A stretch of 60,325 nucleotides of DNA, filler included. It is 3 parts of 3 records of this genome, joined end to end, with 100 filler letters (N's around TTAATTAATTAA, not from the genome) between each part and the next. Parts side by side here need not be neighbours in the genome. Positions count along the whole stretch, not along the records: positions 17,471 to 44,059 come from DRR378314_1554; positions 44,160 to 60,325 come from DRR378314_1557; 1 more part is not named here. One strand, given 5' to 3'. The notes below the pieces were generated by a model. The model saw only the letters and a program-made list of their open reading frames with translations, ran no database searches and had not been told where the DNA came from. The position numbers and the translations under genes were made by a program. Positions 43,121 through 53,130 of the stretch are shown piece after piece (positions within the stretch are counted from its first letter, which is position 1; each line of letters opens with the position of its first letter).

Positions 43121-43948
43121 CTAGGCCTTGCCACCCATTTTCTTCATCCAGCGCTTGCTTTCCTGGTGCATCAACCAGTCAAACGCCTTGGGCGCGTGGC
43201 GTTTGAGCACCCACATACGGCGCTCTTTGGCGTGTGGCAGCACCCAGAAGTCTTTCTTTTCCACCGAGCGGACAATATCGTCAGCCACGTTTTCGGCAGT
43301 AATGGTGGAACGCTTCATCAGCTTGTTGACGTTCTGCTGGATGCCCGGAATATCCGACCGCATGCTGTTGGTCAGATTGGTCTGGAAAAACGCCGGGCAC
43401 ACACAGCTGACGTGTATACCGGCGTCTCTCAGTTCCTGGCTGAGGGTTTCCGAGAGCGCAATCACACCCGCTTTGGAGACATTGTAGCTGTCCATCAGCG
43501 GCGCAAGCATAAGCCCGGCCATGGAAGCGATGTTCACGAACGCACCGGAGCCCTGTTTCTTGAACTGCGGCGTAAAGGCCTTGCAGCCGCGAACCACGCC
43601 CAGCACGTTGATGTCCATGATCCATTCCCAATCGGCCATGGTGGTGTCTTCGATGGAGCCTGCGGAGGCAACGCCGGCGTTATTCACCACCACGTCTACC
43701 CCACCCCATTTGCCGGTGAGGTCGTCGCAGATTTTCTCCAGATCGGTCAGCCGGCGCACATCACACTCAACGAAGTAGCCTTCGCCACCGGCATTGTTGA
43801 TCTCCTGCTCTACCGCAATGCCCTGCTCCGGATTGATATCACCAATACAGACCTTCGCACCCTGTTTCGCATACCGCAATGCAATCGCCCGGCCCAGGCC
43901 ACTCGCCCCGCCGGTTATAAATACTCGCTGTGTCATCTGTGTTTTCAC
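43121..43948 (-). CDS. Short-chain dehydrogenase/reductase
   Basis: Motifs TGGASGLG, NNAGVA, YNVSK and CPAFFQTNL. Confidence 0.92.
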   Translation of the reverse strand: MKTQMTQRVFITGGASGLGRAIALRYAKQGAKVCIGDINPEQGIAVEQEINNAGGEGYFVECDVRRLTDLEKICDDLTGKWGGVDVVVNNAGVASAGSIEDTTMADWEWIMDINVLGVVRGCKAFTPQFKKQGSGAFVNIASMAGLMLAPLMDSYNVSKAGVIALSETLSQELRDAGIHVSCVCPAFFQTNLTNSMRSDIPGIQQNVNKLMKRSTITAENVADDIVRSVEKKDFWVLPHAKERRMWVLKRHAPKAFDWLMHQESKRWMKKMGGKA

Positions 43949-44026
43949 CGTTGTCTTGGTTCGTTGAGTTTTTGTGAGTGCTTCCAGGCCGACTCCGTGG
44001 TTAGCAGGAGCCGGCGGTAGGGTGTG

Positions 44027-44059
44027 TCAGAAACTGTACGGAGCCATGGATGGCGGAGT
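44027..44059. repeat. Truncated second copy of the palindromic element at the contig end
   Basis: CGGAGCCATGGATGGCGGAG is the exact reverse complement of the core at 43046-43065. Confidence 0.8.
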
Positions 44060-44159
44060 NNNNNNNNNNNNNNNNNNNNNNNNNNNNNNNNNNNNNNNNN
44101 NNNTTAATTAATTAANNNNNNNNNNNNNNNNNNNNNNNNNNNNNNNNNNNNNNNNNNNN
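44060..44159. other. Artificial contig junction (N run with TTAATTAATTAA linker)
   Basis: Linker at 44104-44115. Gene content switches from gamma- to alphaproteobacterial style. Confidence 0.97.
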
Positions 44160-45162
44160 AAATAGCTGCCGCATGTTGATCGCCCAGCCCAAGGGCAGTG
44201 GCTTCCATGTGGTCGACAGTTTCTCCAAGTCGGTGCAGTTGGGCGCCGGTCTGGAACGCACCGGACGCCTGTCGCGGGCGTCGATGGCCCGTACGGTACA
44301 GGCCCTTCGTATTTGCCAGCAAAAGCTGAAACGCAACAAGGTCAAGCGCATGCGCCTGATCGCGACCGAGGCGTGCCGACGCGCCAAGAACTCGCGCGAT
44401 TTCATCCGGCAAGTGAAACGCGAAACCGGTCTGACGCTAGATATCATCCAGCCCGAGGAAGAAGCGCGTCTGGCCGTCATCTCGTGCGCACCACTGGTCT
44501 CGACCAAGACCGAGCAATTGCTGGTCGTCGATATCGGCGGTGGCTCGACCGAGCTGGTTTGGATCGACATCTCGTCTGTACCGCGCCGGGATCGCCCTGC
44601 ATCGATCATGCGGCTGCATAACGGGTTCCACACCGCCGACAGCCCATTTCCTGCGGCCAAAGTTGTCGACTGGATCAGCGTACCTCTGGGCGTCGCCACA
44701 TTGCGGGACCAGTTCAACGATGTCGAAGACGATGCCGCGCGCTTTGCGCTTATGAGTTGGTTTTTTGAGGAAAACCTGGCCGATTTCGCACCCTACAAAG
44801 ACGAACAAGCCCGCGAAGGATTCCAGATTGTTGGTACAAGCGGCACGGTTACCACCGTGGCGGCCTCGCATCTGGGGCTAAAACGCTATGACCGGACCAA
44901 GGTGGACGGGCTGCGCATGACCAGCGATCAGATTGACAAGGTTATACGAGGCTATTTAGAACTCGGCCCTCGTGGGCGCCGCCGAGATCCTCGGATCGGA
45001 GATGATCGGCAGGCCCTGATCATGTCCGGTTCGGCCATATTGCAGGCATTGCTACGCTGCTGGCCCACTGATCGCCTTTCTGTGGCGGATCGGGGGCTGC
45101 GCGAAGGTTTGCTTTATGCACAGATGAGCGCGGACGGTGTACTGGAAGACGGACCGTTCTGA
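44160..45162 (+). CDS. ppx: Ppx/GppA exopolyphosphatase family, 5'-truncated by the contig edge
   Basis: NSCRMLIA at the edge, then ATEACR, EEEARLA, DIGGGSTE, GTSGTVTT and DRGLREG. Confidence 0.92.
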
Positions 45163-45168
45163 TTTCTC

Positions 45169-45489
45169 GTGAATAATTACACGACCATAGCACTTGCATA
45201 TCGCTCCAGTACGGCTGCCACGACAATCTGTTCTCTGGAAGCCGCCGGGTTCGACGTATTCTGCCCTGGATACAACATTGTTAACATGGTCCCTCATTGG
45301 GCTTTGGCGATTGGCGGCATTCAAATTGCTGTGCCAGAACAGCAGGCATCGGATGCACGGGATCTGTTGCATACTTTTGAAACCACGTCGCGGAAAAGGA
45401 CGCCCTGCATCTCGCATGTAGTGAACGGCGTAGGTTATTGGATGTTTGGTGTTTCGTCTCCGTGGCCGGACCTGATAGTAAGGGACTAG
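45169..45489 (+). CDS. Small hypothetical protein (DUF2007-like)
   Basis: SLEAAGF..ALAIGGIQIAVPEQQASDARDLL pattern. Fills the ppx-rlmE gap on the same strand. Confidence 0.6.
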   Translation: MNNYTTIALAYRSSTAATTICSLEAAGFDVFCPGYNIVNMVPHWALAIGGIQIAVPEQQASDARDLLHTFETTSRKRTPCISHVVNGVGYWMFGVSSPWPDLIVRD

Positions 45490-45552
45490 GCCCTTCTTGA
45501 TACGCTTCGCGCAAGACGGTAGGGACCGATCAGCTTTCAGGAGATCAATTGC

Positions 45553-46269
45553 ATGGGCAAAACCCCGAGCGGCAAAAACAATTCAGGCCGCGGGCAGCGC
45601 GACCTGAAGGTCAAGGTCAAAACCGCACGCGGACGCAAGCTTAGTTCGACCCGTTGGTTAGAGCGGCAATTGAACGATCCGTATGTAAAACGTGCCCAAG
45701 TCGAAGGGTATCGTGGTCGTGCTGCGTTCAAGATATTGGAACTGGACGAAAAGTACCGGTTTTTGGTTCCGGGTGCGCGCGTCGTTGATCTGGGTTGTGC
45801 GCCCGGTGGTTGGTTGCAAGTGGCAGTGAAACGCGTCAACGCGCTGGGCGAACGGTCGGGAAAGCGGATCGGCACTGTTCTGGGGGTCGATTTGCAAGAG
45901 GTCGAGCCTGTTGCAGGGGCCACTGCACATGTGTTGGATTTCATGGAAGATGACGCCGACCAGCAGGTCAAGGATTGGCTGGGGGGTAAAGCAGATGTGG
46001 TGATGTCCGATATGGCCGCTTCGGCCTCGGGGCATAAGCAGACTGATCACCTGCGGATCATGGCGTTGTGTGAGACGGCGGCTTATTTCGCATTCGATGT
46101 TCTTGAAGAAGGCGGGACCTTCGTCGCCAAGGTGCTGGCCGGCGGGGCTGAAGGGGACCTTCAAAAACTGCTTAAGCAGAAATTCGAGAAAGTCGCCAAC
46201 GTGAAGCCACCCGCGTCACGTTCGGACAGTTCTGAAAAATTCGTGGTCGCCACCGGCTTCCGGGGTTAG
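45553..46269 (+). CDS. rlmE: 23S rRNA Um2552 methyltransferase RlmE/FtsJ
   Basis: Motifs [32 protein letters not shown] and [11 protein letters not shown]. Confidence 0.95.
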   Translation: MGKTPSGKNNSGRGQRDLKVKVKTARGRKLSSTRWLERQLNDPYVKRAQVEGYRGRAAFKILELDEKYRFLVPGARVVDLGCAPGGWLQVAVKRVNALGERSGKRIGTVLGVDLQEVEPVAGATAHVLDFMEDDADQQVKDWLGGKADVVMSDMAASASGHKQTDHLRIMALCETAAYFAFDVLEEGGTFVAKVLAGGAEGDLQKLLKQKFEKVANVKPPASRSDSSEKFVVATGFRG

Positions 46270-46275
46270 GCGGAA

Positions 46276-46467
46276 TTAGTCCAGATCGATCTTGGCCTGC
46301 GCAATACATTGTTTTCTTAGCGAGGCCGCTGCGGTGCCCTGCAACAAGATCGCCTCGCCGTGATTGATGTAAACAGGCCCGCGCATGCGCAGCTCTTCGA
46401 TGCGCTGATCCAGCGTCGATTTTTGGGTGGCCGATAGCGGCTTTGCGATTGTTGCAGAACGATCCAT
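46276..46467 (-). CDS. Small hypothetical protein (63 aa)
   Basis: Fills an intergenic gap, has an AGGTGA RBS-like sequence and is co-oriented with the upstream genes. No recognised motif. Confidence 0.45.
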   Translation of the reverse strand: MDRSATIAKPLSATQKSTLDQRIEELRMRGPVYINHGEAILLQGTAAASLRKQCIAQAKIDLD

Positions 46468-46560
46468 GCGTCACCTGTTGGCAATCTGAGTGCTTGCTTA
46501 GGTGAGTCTAGTCAGAAATTTGGCCGGGAACGTGGCGCAAATCTGCCGGATTGGTGCCAG

Positions 46561-48468
46561 TCAACGGCCGAGATCCCGCGCCATTTGCCTGAGGTTCGGG
46601 TCATTTGGAAGAACGGACAGGGCCTCGTCCAATGTTGCCACTGCTGCCTCTGGCCCGCGATTGATATGGGCCAGTTGCACCAGCATCGGCCATGCCTCAG
46701 CCCGTTGCGGATCCAGTGTAACAACCTCGCGGAACGCCCCTTCTGCCGCTTCCGCGTTTCTAAGCGTCAGCGCCCAGCCCCCCAGCACCATGTGAGTTTC
46801 GGGAAAGTCCAATCGATGCGAGATGCTGCGCTGCCAGTCTGACATACCTTGCTGAGCGCTTGCTCGTTGTTCCTGCGTCATAGCCTGCGCGGGAATCGCA
46901 AGAAACTCTTTAGCCGTCGAAACACGAACATTACGTATTGGGTCTGCTAACAAAGGCTCAAGCCGTGCGACGCGTTCGGGCATAGGTGCCTGCCGTTGCA
47001 GAACCGGTCCATTCGCCCGTACAAGCGGGTCTGGATCGGACAAGAGCGGTGCCACCCGCTCTGCCAAATCCGCAGTGGCGAATGGCTGAAGCAAATACAA
47101 GGCGGTTGCACGAACAATGCCGGGCTGCGCTTTGTCCAATGCGATCGCGGTCAGCGTTTCAGGATCGTCCAACTGACCACTGCCTGCAGCTGCAAATGCT
47201 GTTCCGTAATGTGCGGTCCTGCGGGTGGCGTCAGGATACCAGCCTGCGATCTGCTGGGCAGCCCATGGCTGCCCCTCTTCCGCATGACAATCGGTGCAGG
47301 CATCTGTTCCAAGCCCGAGATCAGGACGGGGAATGCGAAAGCTGTGATCGCGCCTGCCATCAACACCCATATAAGTCCTCTCGATCATGTGGCAGTTCTT
47401 GCACTGGGCACCCTCGGAGTTCTCGGCATGGTGGTGATGTGTCGGCGTGTCATAACTGGCCTGCCGAAGCGTTGGAAAATCCGGGTTTCCTGCAGGTGAA
47501 TGGCACTGAGTACACAGTCCATTGCCTTCAGCCTTCACATCGGCCCGGTGCGAATCATGGCAATCCATGCACCCAACCCCTGCGGCATACATGCGCGATT
47601 GCAGGAACGATCCATAAACATAGACCTCATCCAGAATCTGGCCATCCGGGTGGTAAAGGCCCGGTCGCAGCACGGCCAGATTATAGGCATCATGATAGGG
47701 CTTTCCGGGGATTGGATTGCCATCTTCCAACGCCTCACGACGGGAATGGCAGCCCGCGCATTGCTGTATCTCTGCTTCGGTCTGGCCCCTGCCCCAATCG
47801 ATTGGAAAACCAAACTCACCCAAACCATCGTCCAGTGCCGTCCCGGTCGTCCACTCCAGATGCGGAGACCCCGGTCCGTGACACGCCTCGCAACCCACAC
47901 CGATTTCGGCCTGCGTCGAAGCATAGGTTTTTGCCTCGGCGTCGTAGTTCTTTACGTAGCCGGTCGCATGACACTCGGCACAGCGCGCATTCCAGTTCTT
48001 GTATGGCCCTGTCCAGTGCAGCCCATCATTCGGCGGTAAATCCTGTTCGGGATACAGGTGATACCAACGGTCTTTCTCAGTGTCCCAAACGACATCGAAA
48101 CTCTGCAATCTGCCCGGCTCGGTTTCGAAAAGGTATTGCTGCAGCGGTGCAATGCCGACCACCGAATGAACCGGGTAATCGGTGGTGACACCATCCTTTT
48201 CGGTGACCCTCGCCGACAGAATGCCGTTTTGGTCCGCGAAAGAAACGCTCATCCCATCATGCGAAAAACTGCTGCCGTCGAAATCGGCCTGTACGTGGCC
48301 GTCTGCCACCTCGGTCCAGGCAAGCGCGTGGTGAGAGTTCTGCCAGGCTTCGGTCTGTTCCTGATGACAATCGGAACATGTCTCAGACCCGACATACTCC
48401 TGCGCCCGACCCTCGTGGGCCACCACCCACAGCGTCGCAGTTAGCATCAACATTCGAAGATATGTCAT
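46561..48468 (-). CDS. Periplasmic multiheme c-type cytochrome (8 CxxCH) with C-terminal HEAT/TPR repeats
   Basis: Signal peptide from ATG 48468 and YVGSETC. Heme motifs CSDCH, CAECH, CEACH, CAGCH, CMDCH, CTQCH, CKNCH and CTDCH. Also DHSFRIPRPD, DPDPLVR and a TPR tail. Confidence 0.9.
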   Translation of the reverse strand: MTYLRMLMLTATLWVVAHEGRAQEYVGSETCSDCHQEQTEAWQNSHHALAWTEVADGHVQADFDGSSFSHDGMSVSFADQNGILSARVTEKDGVTTDYPVHSVVGIAPLQQYLFETEPGRLQSFDVVWDTEKDRWYHLYPEQDLPPNDGLHWTGPYKNWNARCAECHATGYVKNYDAEAKTYASTQAEIGVGCEACHGPGSPHLEWTTGTALDDGLGEFGFPIDWGRGQTEAEIQQCAGCHSRREALEDGNPIPGKPYHDAYNLAVLRPGLYHPDGQILDEVYVYGSFLQSRMYAAGVGCMDCHDSHRADVKAEGNGLCTQCHSPAGNPDFPTLRQASYDTPTHHHHAENSEGAQCKNCHMIERTYMGVDGRRDHSFRIPRPDLGLGTDACTDCHAEEGQPWAAQQIAGWYPDATRRTAHYGTAFAAAGSGQLDDPETLTAIALDKAQPGIVRATALYLLQPFATADLAERVAPLLSDPDPLVRANGPVLQRQAPMPERVARLEPLLADPIRNVRVSTAKEFLAIPAQAMTQEQRASAQQGMSDWQRSISHRLDFPETHMVLGGWALTLRNAEAAEGAFREVVTLDPQRAEAWPMLVQLAHINRGPEAAVATLDEALSVLPNDPNLRQMARDLGR

Positions 48469-49322
48469 TTGTTTTCCGCGTTTTTCAGGTCGATCAAGGC
48501 GCCATTGTATTCTGCCCCGAGGATCAGCATCGCAGAGCACAGGTAAAGGAAGATCAGAGCCGCCATCGCGCCGGCAAGTCCCGCATATGTCGCGCTGTAG
48601 GTGGCAAACTGCGCGATGTAGATCGAGAACCCCCATCCGCCTGCAGCCCACAACGCCAGAGTCAAAATCACGCCTGGAAGGATTTGTATCAGGCGGTGCC
48701 GCCGGGTGGGCAGGATCAGGTGAGCCAGCACGACAGTGCCAGCAGGCACCGCAACCGTGAAGGTCCACCGCAATCGATCAACCGACAGCCAATTGTCGAC
48801 ATCCACGGCCGTCTTTTCTGAAACCAACCGAGTGTAGACCGGCAGAACCACCTCTACCGCGGCGATGGCCAGAATGGCTGCACCGCCAATGATAACCAAC
48901 GCGAAACACAACAATCGGGTCTTCCAAAATGGCCAATTGTCCTTGTCATGATAAGCCTGCGTCATGGCGCGGCGCACGGCAGCAACTCCGTTAGAGGCAA
49001 AGTAGATGGCCAACAAACCACCCAGAGTAATCACACCCGATCCTGCCCCGGCCAGTACGGATCGCAGTTCTGAGACGATCGGATCAGCCACGTCTTTGGG
49101 CCATGCACCAAAAATCAGCTCGATCAGTTCATCTGTCACGTATCCTTGCGACAACGCCCCTGCCAATGCCACCGTGAACAGAACAAACGGAAACAAAGCC
49201 ATCATCAATGACATCGCCACGTGGCTGCTCATGACAAAACCGTCCTTGTCGTTGAACCGACGCACGGCAAGCCAGAGGGCGCGCAGGAATTGATTGGATG
49301 AGAGAATCGAAACGCGTGACAT
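48465..49322 (-). CDS. YihY/virulence factor BrkB family membrane protein
   Basis: Motifs MALFPF, PG..L, YSATYAGLAG and LILGAEYN. Confidence 0.9.
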   Translation of the reverse strand: MSRVSILSSNQFLRALWLAVRRFNDKDGFVMSSHVAMSLMMALFPFVLFTVALAGALSQGYVTDELIELIFGAWPKDVADPIVSELRSVLAGAGSGVITLGGLLAIYFASNGVAAVRRAMTQAYHDKDNWPFWKTRLLCFALVIIGGAAILAIAAVEVVLPVYTRLVSEKTAVDVDNWLSVDRLRWTFTVAVPAGTVVLAHLILPTRRHRLIQILPGVILTLALWAAGGWGFSIYIAQFATYSATYAGLAGAMAALIFLYLCSAMLILGAEYNGALIDLKNAENK

Positions 49323-49490
49323 TGCCCAAGCCTAACGCGCCTTTTACCCCTGCAGAACCGCCAATCGGCCGAAGGTACGGAATTCCTGCGCATAACCTTC
49401 TGTATGGATTGCATAAACCGTCAAGCCTGTGCAGGATCAACCTGAACGTCCTCAAACGCTATCAGTCTGCACCCATACCGAGGCCATCGC

Positions 49491-50582
49491 ATGACTTCTG
49501 ACCCTCAAAACAGCCAATCCGGGGCCCGCCCGCAACTGAGCGTGTTGCGAGACGTCGCGATCGTGGCCACGTTGGTGGTACTCGGCCTTTATGCAGGGTC
49601 GAACTTTTTAGTGCCGCTGACAATGGCGCTGCTCGTCAATGTGCTGATTCTGGCCCTCAGCGATCGGGTTATCGCGGTGACGCGTGCGCCGATCTGGCTG
49701 GCAAATATCGCCGGAGTCACAGTGGTTTTGGCTGGTTTGTTCATGATAATGTACATCTTGGGCAGCCAAGCCACGCAATTTGCACGCTCGATCAACACCT
49801 ATGAAAGCCAATTCGACGGAGCGGTCCACCGGATTACCGGGCTGGTCGGTAACGACGTCACCAGTTTTATCCGAGATAATCTGGTCAGCATCGACATGTC
49901 CTACGTTGCGCGGATTTTGCTGGGCAGCGCGACCTCGCTTCTGAACCAGTTTTTCCTGATCAGCCTGTATGTCGCTTTTCTGATGGCCGAGCGGTTGGCA
50001 TTCCGCAAGAAAATCCAACTTGCCGCTGGTAATCCACAACTTGGGGCCGACCTTGCCTCGGTTTTGGATGCGATCTCTGACAGCCTGCAGCGCTATGTCG
50101 GAGTGAAGACGTTGATCAGTTTGATCACCGCTCTTATCAGCTACTCAATTTTCAAGCTCCTCGGGCTTGAATATGCCGAGACATGGGCCGTGCTGACATT
50201 TGCTCTGAATTTCATCCCGTCGATCGGTTCGATAATTGCGGTGATCTTTCCATCGATGATCGCTTTGGTTCAGTTTGAAACCATTGGGCCATTTCTGATG
50301 ATTGTTCTTGGCTGCGGCACCCTACAATTTATGATCGGCAATTTCCTGGACCCCGCCATGTTGGGCCGGTCACTGAATATGTCGACCTTCCTTGTTATAT
50401 TGGCTCTGACTTTCTGGACCACTGTCTGGGGCCTGATCGGAGCGTTCCTCAGCGTTCCGTTGACCGTGTGTATCCTGATTATCTTCAGCCATATCCCAGC
50501 GCTGCGCCCGGTGGCGATCCTGATGTCATTGGACGGGCGATTGGGCGAGGATGACCAATCTGCAAGCACCCATTCCTCGTGA
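49491..50582 (+). CDS. AI-2E (UPF0118/PerM) family transporter
   Basis: Motifs LNFIPSIGS, GNFLDP..G.SLNMS and WGLIGAFLSVPLT. Confidence 0.9.
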   Translation: MTSDPQNSQSGARPQLSVLRDVAIVATLVVLGLYAGSNFLVPLTMALLVNVLILALSDRVIAVTRAPIWLANIAGVTVVLAGLFMIMYILGSQATQFARSINTYESQFDGAVHRITGLVGNDVTSFIRDNLVSIDMSYVARILLGSATSLLNQFFLISLYVAFLMAERLAFRKKIQLAAGNPQLGADLASVLDAISDSLQRYVGVKTLISLITALISYSIFKLLGLEYAETWAVLTFALNFIPSIGSIIAVIFPSMIALVQFETIGPFLMIVLGCGTLQFMIGNFLDPAMLGRSLNMSTFLVILALTFWTTVWGLIGAFLSVPLTVCILIIFSHIPALRPVAILMSLDGRLGEDDQSASTHSS

Positions 50583-50590
50583 TCTCTGGG

Positions 50591-51271
50591 CTAGCTTTGG
50601 CAGCTTGAAATCAGCGCGCGGCGATCTTTCAGCCGCAGTCGACCATAACCGCCTTCTATCAAATTCAAGTCGATAAGCCGGTGCAATGCTCGGTGCAGAG
50701 ACGGCGGAGAGACCGCAATCATGGCGGCCAGTTCCTCTTGTGAAACAGGAATCCAACCTGCAGCATCGGATGCAACCTCGTCCAAATGCAGCAATCGCAG
50801 AACCAGGCGTTTCTCTGTCCCTGTCACCGCAAGGTTGGCGACGATGCGCAAGGCTTTTTGCATGTTCTCATGTGACAGTGCATAGAAATCCCGAATGTAA
50901 TCAGGCGTTTCCTGCACCAAACGTTCCAACCTTGAGGCTGGAAAGAAAAGCGTGTCAGTTGATCGTGTCGTCACCACGCTGACCAATCGGCGCGCCGTGG
51001 CGAATAATGCGAGGTCACCGATCCAAAAGCCCCGCCCTTCCTGATGCATAACAAAATCCTGCCCGTCATCTGCCGGCACGGTTATCTTCACGCTGCCCTC
51101 CAAAACGGCGTGGATGCCATTCGCGGGATCCCCCTGTAGGTACAAAGCCTCATCAGTGCCATATGTCCGGCGTATTGCGCAGCTCATCAGCGCATTCTGA
51201 AATGCGGAGGACCGGGCTTTGAACCAAGTACTTTCCCTTAACGCCTTCTGATCAGTCTCAATTTTTGTCAT
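50591..51271 (-). CDS. Crp/Fnr family transcriptional regulator
   Basis: QGDP..GIHAVLEGSV, WIGDLAL and HTH SQEELAAMIAVS. Divergent from the sulfatase gene. Confidence 0.88.
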   Translation of the reverse strand: MTKIETDQKALRESTWFKARSSAFQNALMSCAIRRTYGTDEALYLQGDPANGIHAVLEGSVKITVPADDGQDFVMHQEGRGFWIGDLALFATARRLVSVVTTRSTDTLFFPASRLERLVQETPDYIRDFYALSHENMQKALRIVANLAVTGTEKRLVLRLLHLDEVASDAAGWIPVSQEELAAMIAVSPPSLHRALHRLIDLNLIEGGYGRLRLKDRRALISSCQS

Positions 51272-51462
51272 CTATATATTTAAACTTCATCATATGATAA
51301 TTTTCAATTGGCTGCACTCGCCTACATTACCGGCAGAGGATTCCCAGTTCCCGTTTTTTTGGTCGGGATATCCGCAGTTTACAACCTGTAACTAACCCCT
51401 TTCTGTTCGCAGAATCCAGTTATTTCGTATGGGCAAATTGTCCGCAAGTTCAGGAGCAAATC

Positions 51463-53070
51463 ATGTTACCAACCCGGTTCTTAGAAAGCTGGCGTATCGG
51501 ATTGCGCCGAACAGCAACCGCATCGATTGCGGTTCTGTTGGCGCTTCCAGCGTTGGCGCAAGATCAGAAACCAAACATTCTGGTCATCTGGGGCGACGAT
51601 ATCGGTCAGTCCAACATTTCAGCTTATACGATGGGCTTGATGGGGTACCAAACCCCGAATATCGACCGTGTCGCTGACGAAGGCATGATCTTCACTGATT
51701 ATTACGGCGAACAGTCCTGCACCGCGGGGCGGTCGTCTTACATCATGGGGCAGTCAGTATTCCGTACCGGCCTGTCGAAAGTAGGTTTGCCTGGCGCCAA
51801 GGAAGGGATGCAGATCGAAGACCCCACGATCGCGGGGCTGCTTAAGGACCATGGTTATGCCACCGGTCAGTTTGGCAAGAACCATCTGGGTGACCGAGAT
51901 GAACATTTGCCAACAAACCACGGATTTGATGAGTTTTTTGGGAATCTTTACCACCTTAACGCTGAAGAAGAGCCCGAGCATGAGGATTATCCCGGGGACG
52001 CCATTCTGCCCGATGGACGCACCTTCCGCGAGGCTTTCGGCCCCCGTGGCGTGATCAAATCCAGCGCAGGCGGTGAGATCGAAGACACCGGCCCACTGAC
52101 CCGGAAACGCATGGAGACGGTTGATCAGGAAACGCTGGAAGCCGCCGTTGAGTTCATCCGTGAAGCCAATCAGAACGGAACGCCATTTTATGTTTGGTGG
52201 AACGGTACCCGAATGCACTTCCGCACCCATGTCGGGGACGAAATGCGCGAAAAGGCCAATGAAATTGTCGGCAGCCCTGCCGATGAATACACCGCCGGGA
52301 TGATCGAACATGACATTCAAGTCGGTCAACTGCTTGATCTGTTGGATGAATTGGGCATCGCCGACAATACCATTGTGCATTACTCAACCGATAACGGTCC
52401 GCATTACAATACGTGGCCAGATGCTGCCTCGACCCCGTTCTGGGGCGAGAAGAATACAAACTGGGAAGGCGGCTGGCGCGTGCCATCCATGGTGCGCTGG
52501 CCCGGCAAGATCGAGGCGGGCTCAATCTCGAACGAGATCGTTCATCATATGGATTGGCTGCCGACCTATCTGGCAGTTGCCGGAGATACCGAGATCAAGG
52601 ACAAGCTGAAAGCCGGATATTCCTCGCCCACAATGGGCCGCGACTACAAGGTGCATCTGGACGGTTACAACATCTTGCCATTGCTGACAGGTGAGGCCGC
52701 TGAAAGCCCCCGTCGTGAAATCTTTTATTTCACCGATGATGGCGACCTGTCCGCGCTGCGCTTTGATGATTGGAAGCTGATCTTTCTGGAGCAGAAAGCA
52801 TGGGCCACGTTCCGCGCCTGGATGGAGCCGTTCACGGAACTGCGCGTGCCAATCATCGTGAACCTGCGTCGTGATCCGTATGAGCGGGGTTATCGCACTT
52901 CGAACACCTACTACGACTGGATACTGGACCGCGCATATTTCCTAGTGCCTGCCCAGCAATACGTTGGCAACTTCCTGACAACGTTCCAGGAATTTCCTCC
53001 CCGGCAAGAGGCCGCAAGCTTTAGCCTGGATCAGGTGATGAAAAAGCTTTCGTCACCAACGTCGAACTAA
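51463..53070 (+). CDS. Cys-type (FGly-dependent) arylsulfatase; start uncertain
   Basis: Signal peptide, KPNILVIWGDDIG, SCTAGRS (CxxxR), GKNHLG, STDNG and WEGGWRVP. Confidence 0.93.
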   Translation: MLPTRFLESWRIGLRRTATASIAVLLALPALAQDQKPNILVIWGDDIGQSNISAYTMGLMGYQTPNIDRVADEGMIFTDYYGEQSCTAGRSSYIMGQSVFRTGLSKVGLPGAKEGMQIEDPTIAGLLKDHGYATGQFGKNHLGDRDEHLPTNHGFDEFFGNLYHLNAEEEPEHEDYPGDAILPDGRTFREAFGPRGVIKSSAGGEIEDTGPLTRKRMETVDQETLEAAVEFIREANQNGTPFYVWWNGTRMHFRTHVGDEMREKANEIVGSPADEYTAGMIEHDIQVGQLLDLLDELGIADNTIVHYSTDNGPHYNTWPDAASTPFWGEKNTNWEGGWRVPSMVRWPGKIEAGSISNEIVHHMDWLPTYLAVAGDTEIKDKLKAGYSSPTMGRDYKVHLDGYNILPLLTGEAAESPRREIFYFTDDGDLSALRFDDWKLIFLEQKAWATFRAWMEPFTELRVPIIVNLRRDPYERGYRTSNTYYDWILDRAYFLVPAQQYVGNFLTTFQEFPPRQEAASFSLDQVMKKLSSPTSN

Positions 53071-53082
53071 AACCAACCTCAG

Positions 53083-53109
53083 GGGCCGCATGAAGATGCG
53101 GCCCTTTTT
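53083..53109 (+). terminator. Rho-independent terminator-like hairpin after the sulfatase
   Basis: GGGCCGCAT-GAAG-ATGCGGCCC-TTTTT. Confidence 0.75.
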
Positions 53110-53130
53110 CCCTAATGTTAGAGGCTTTTC

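Noticed and set aside
48469-48768. 100-aa N-terminal extension of the multiheme cytochrome, with a CGACWHC motif
   Set aside because: It overlaps yihY in another frame. The real start is ATG 48468, which gives a signal peptide and is coupled to the yihY stop.
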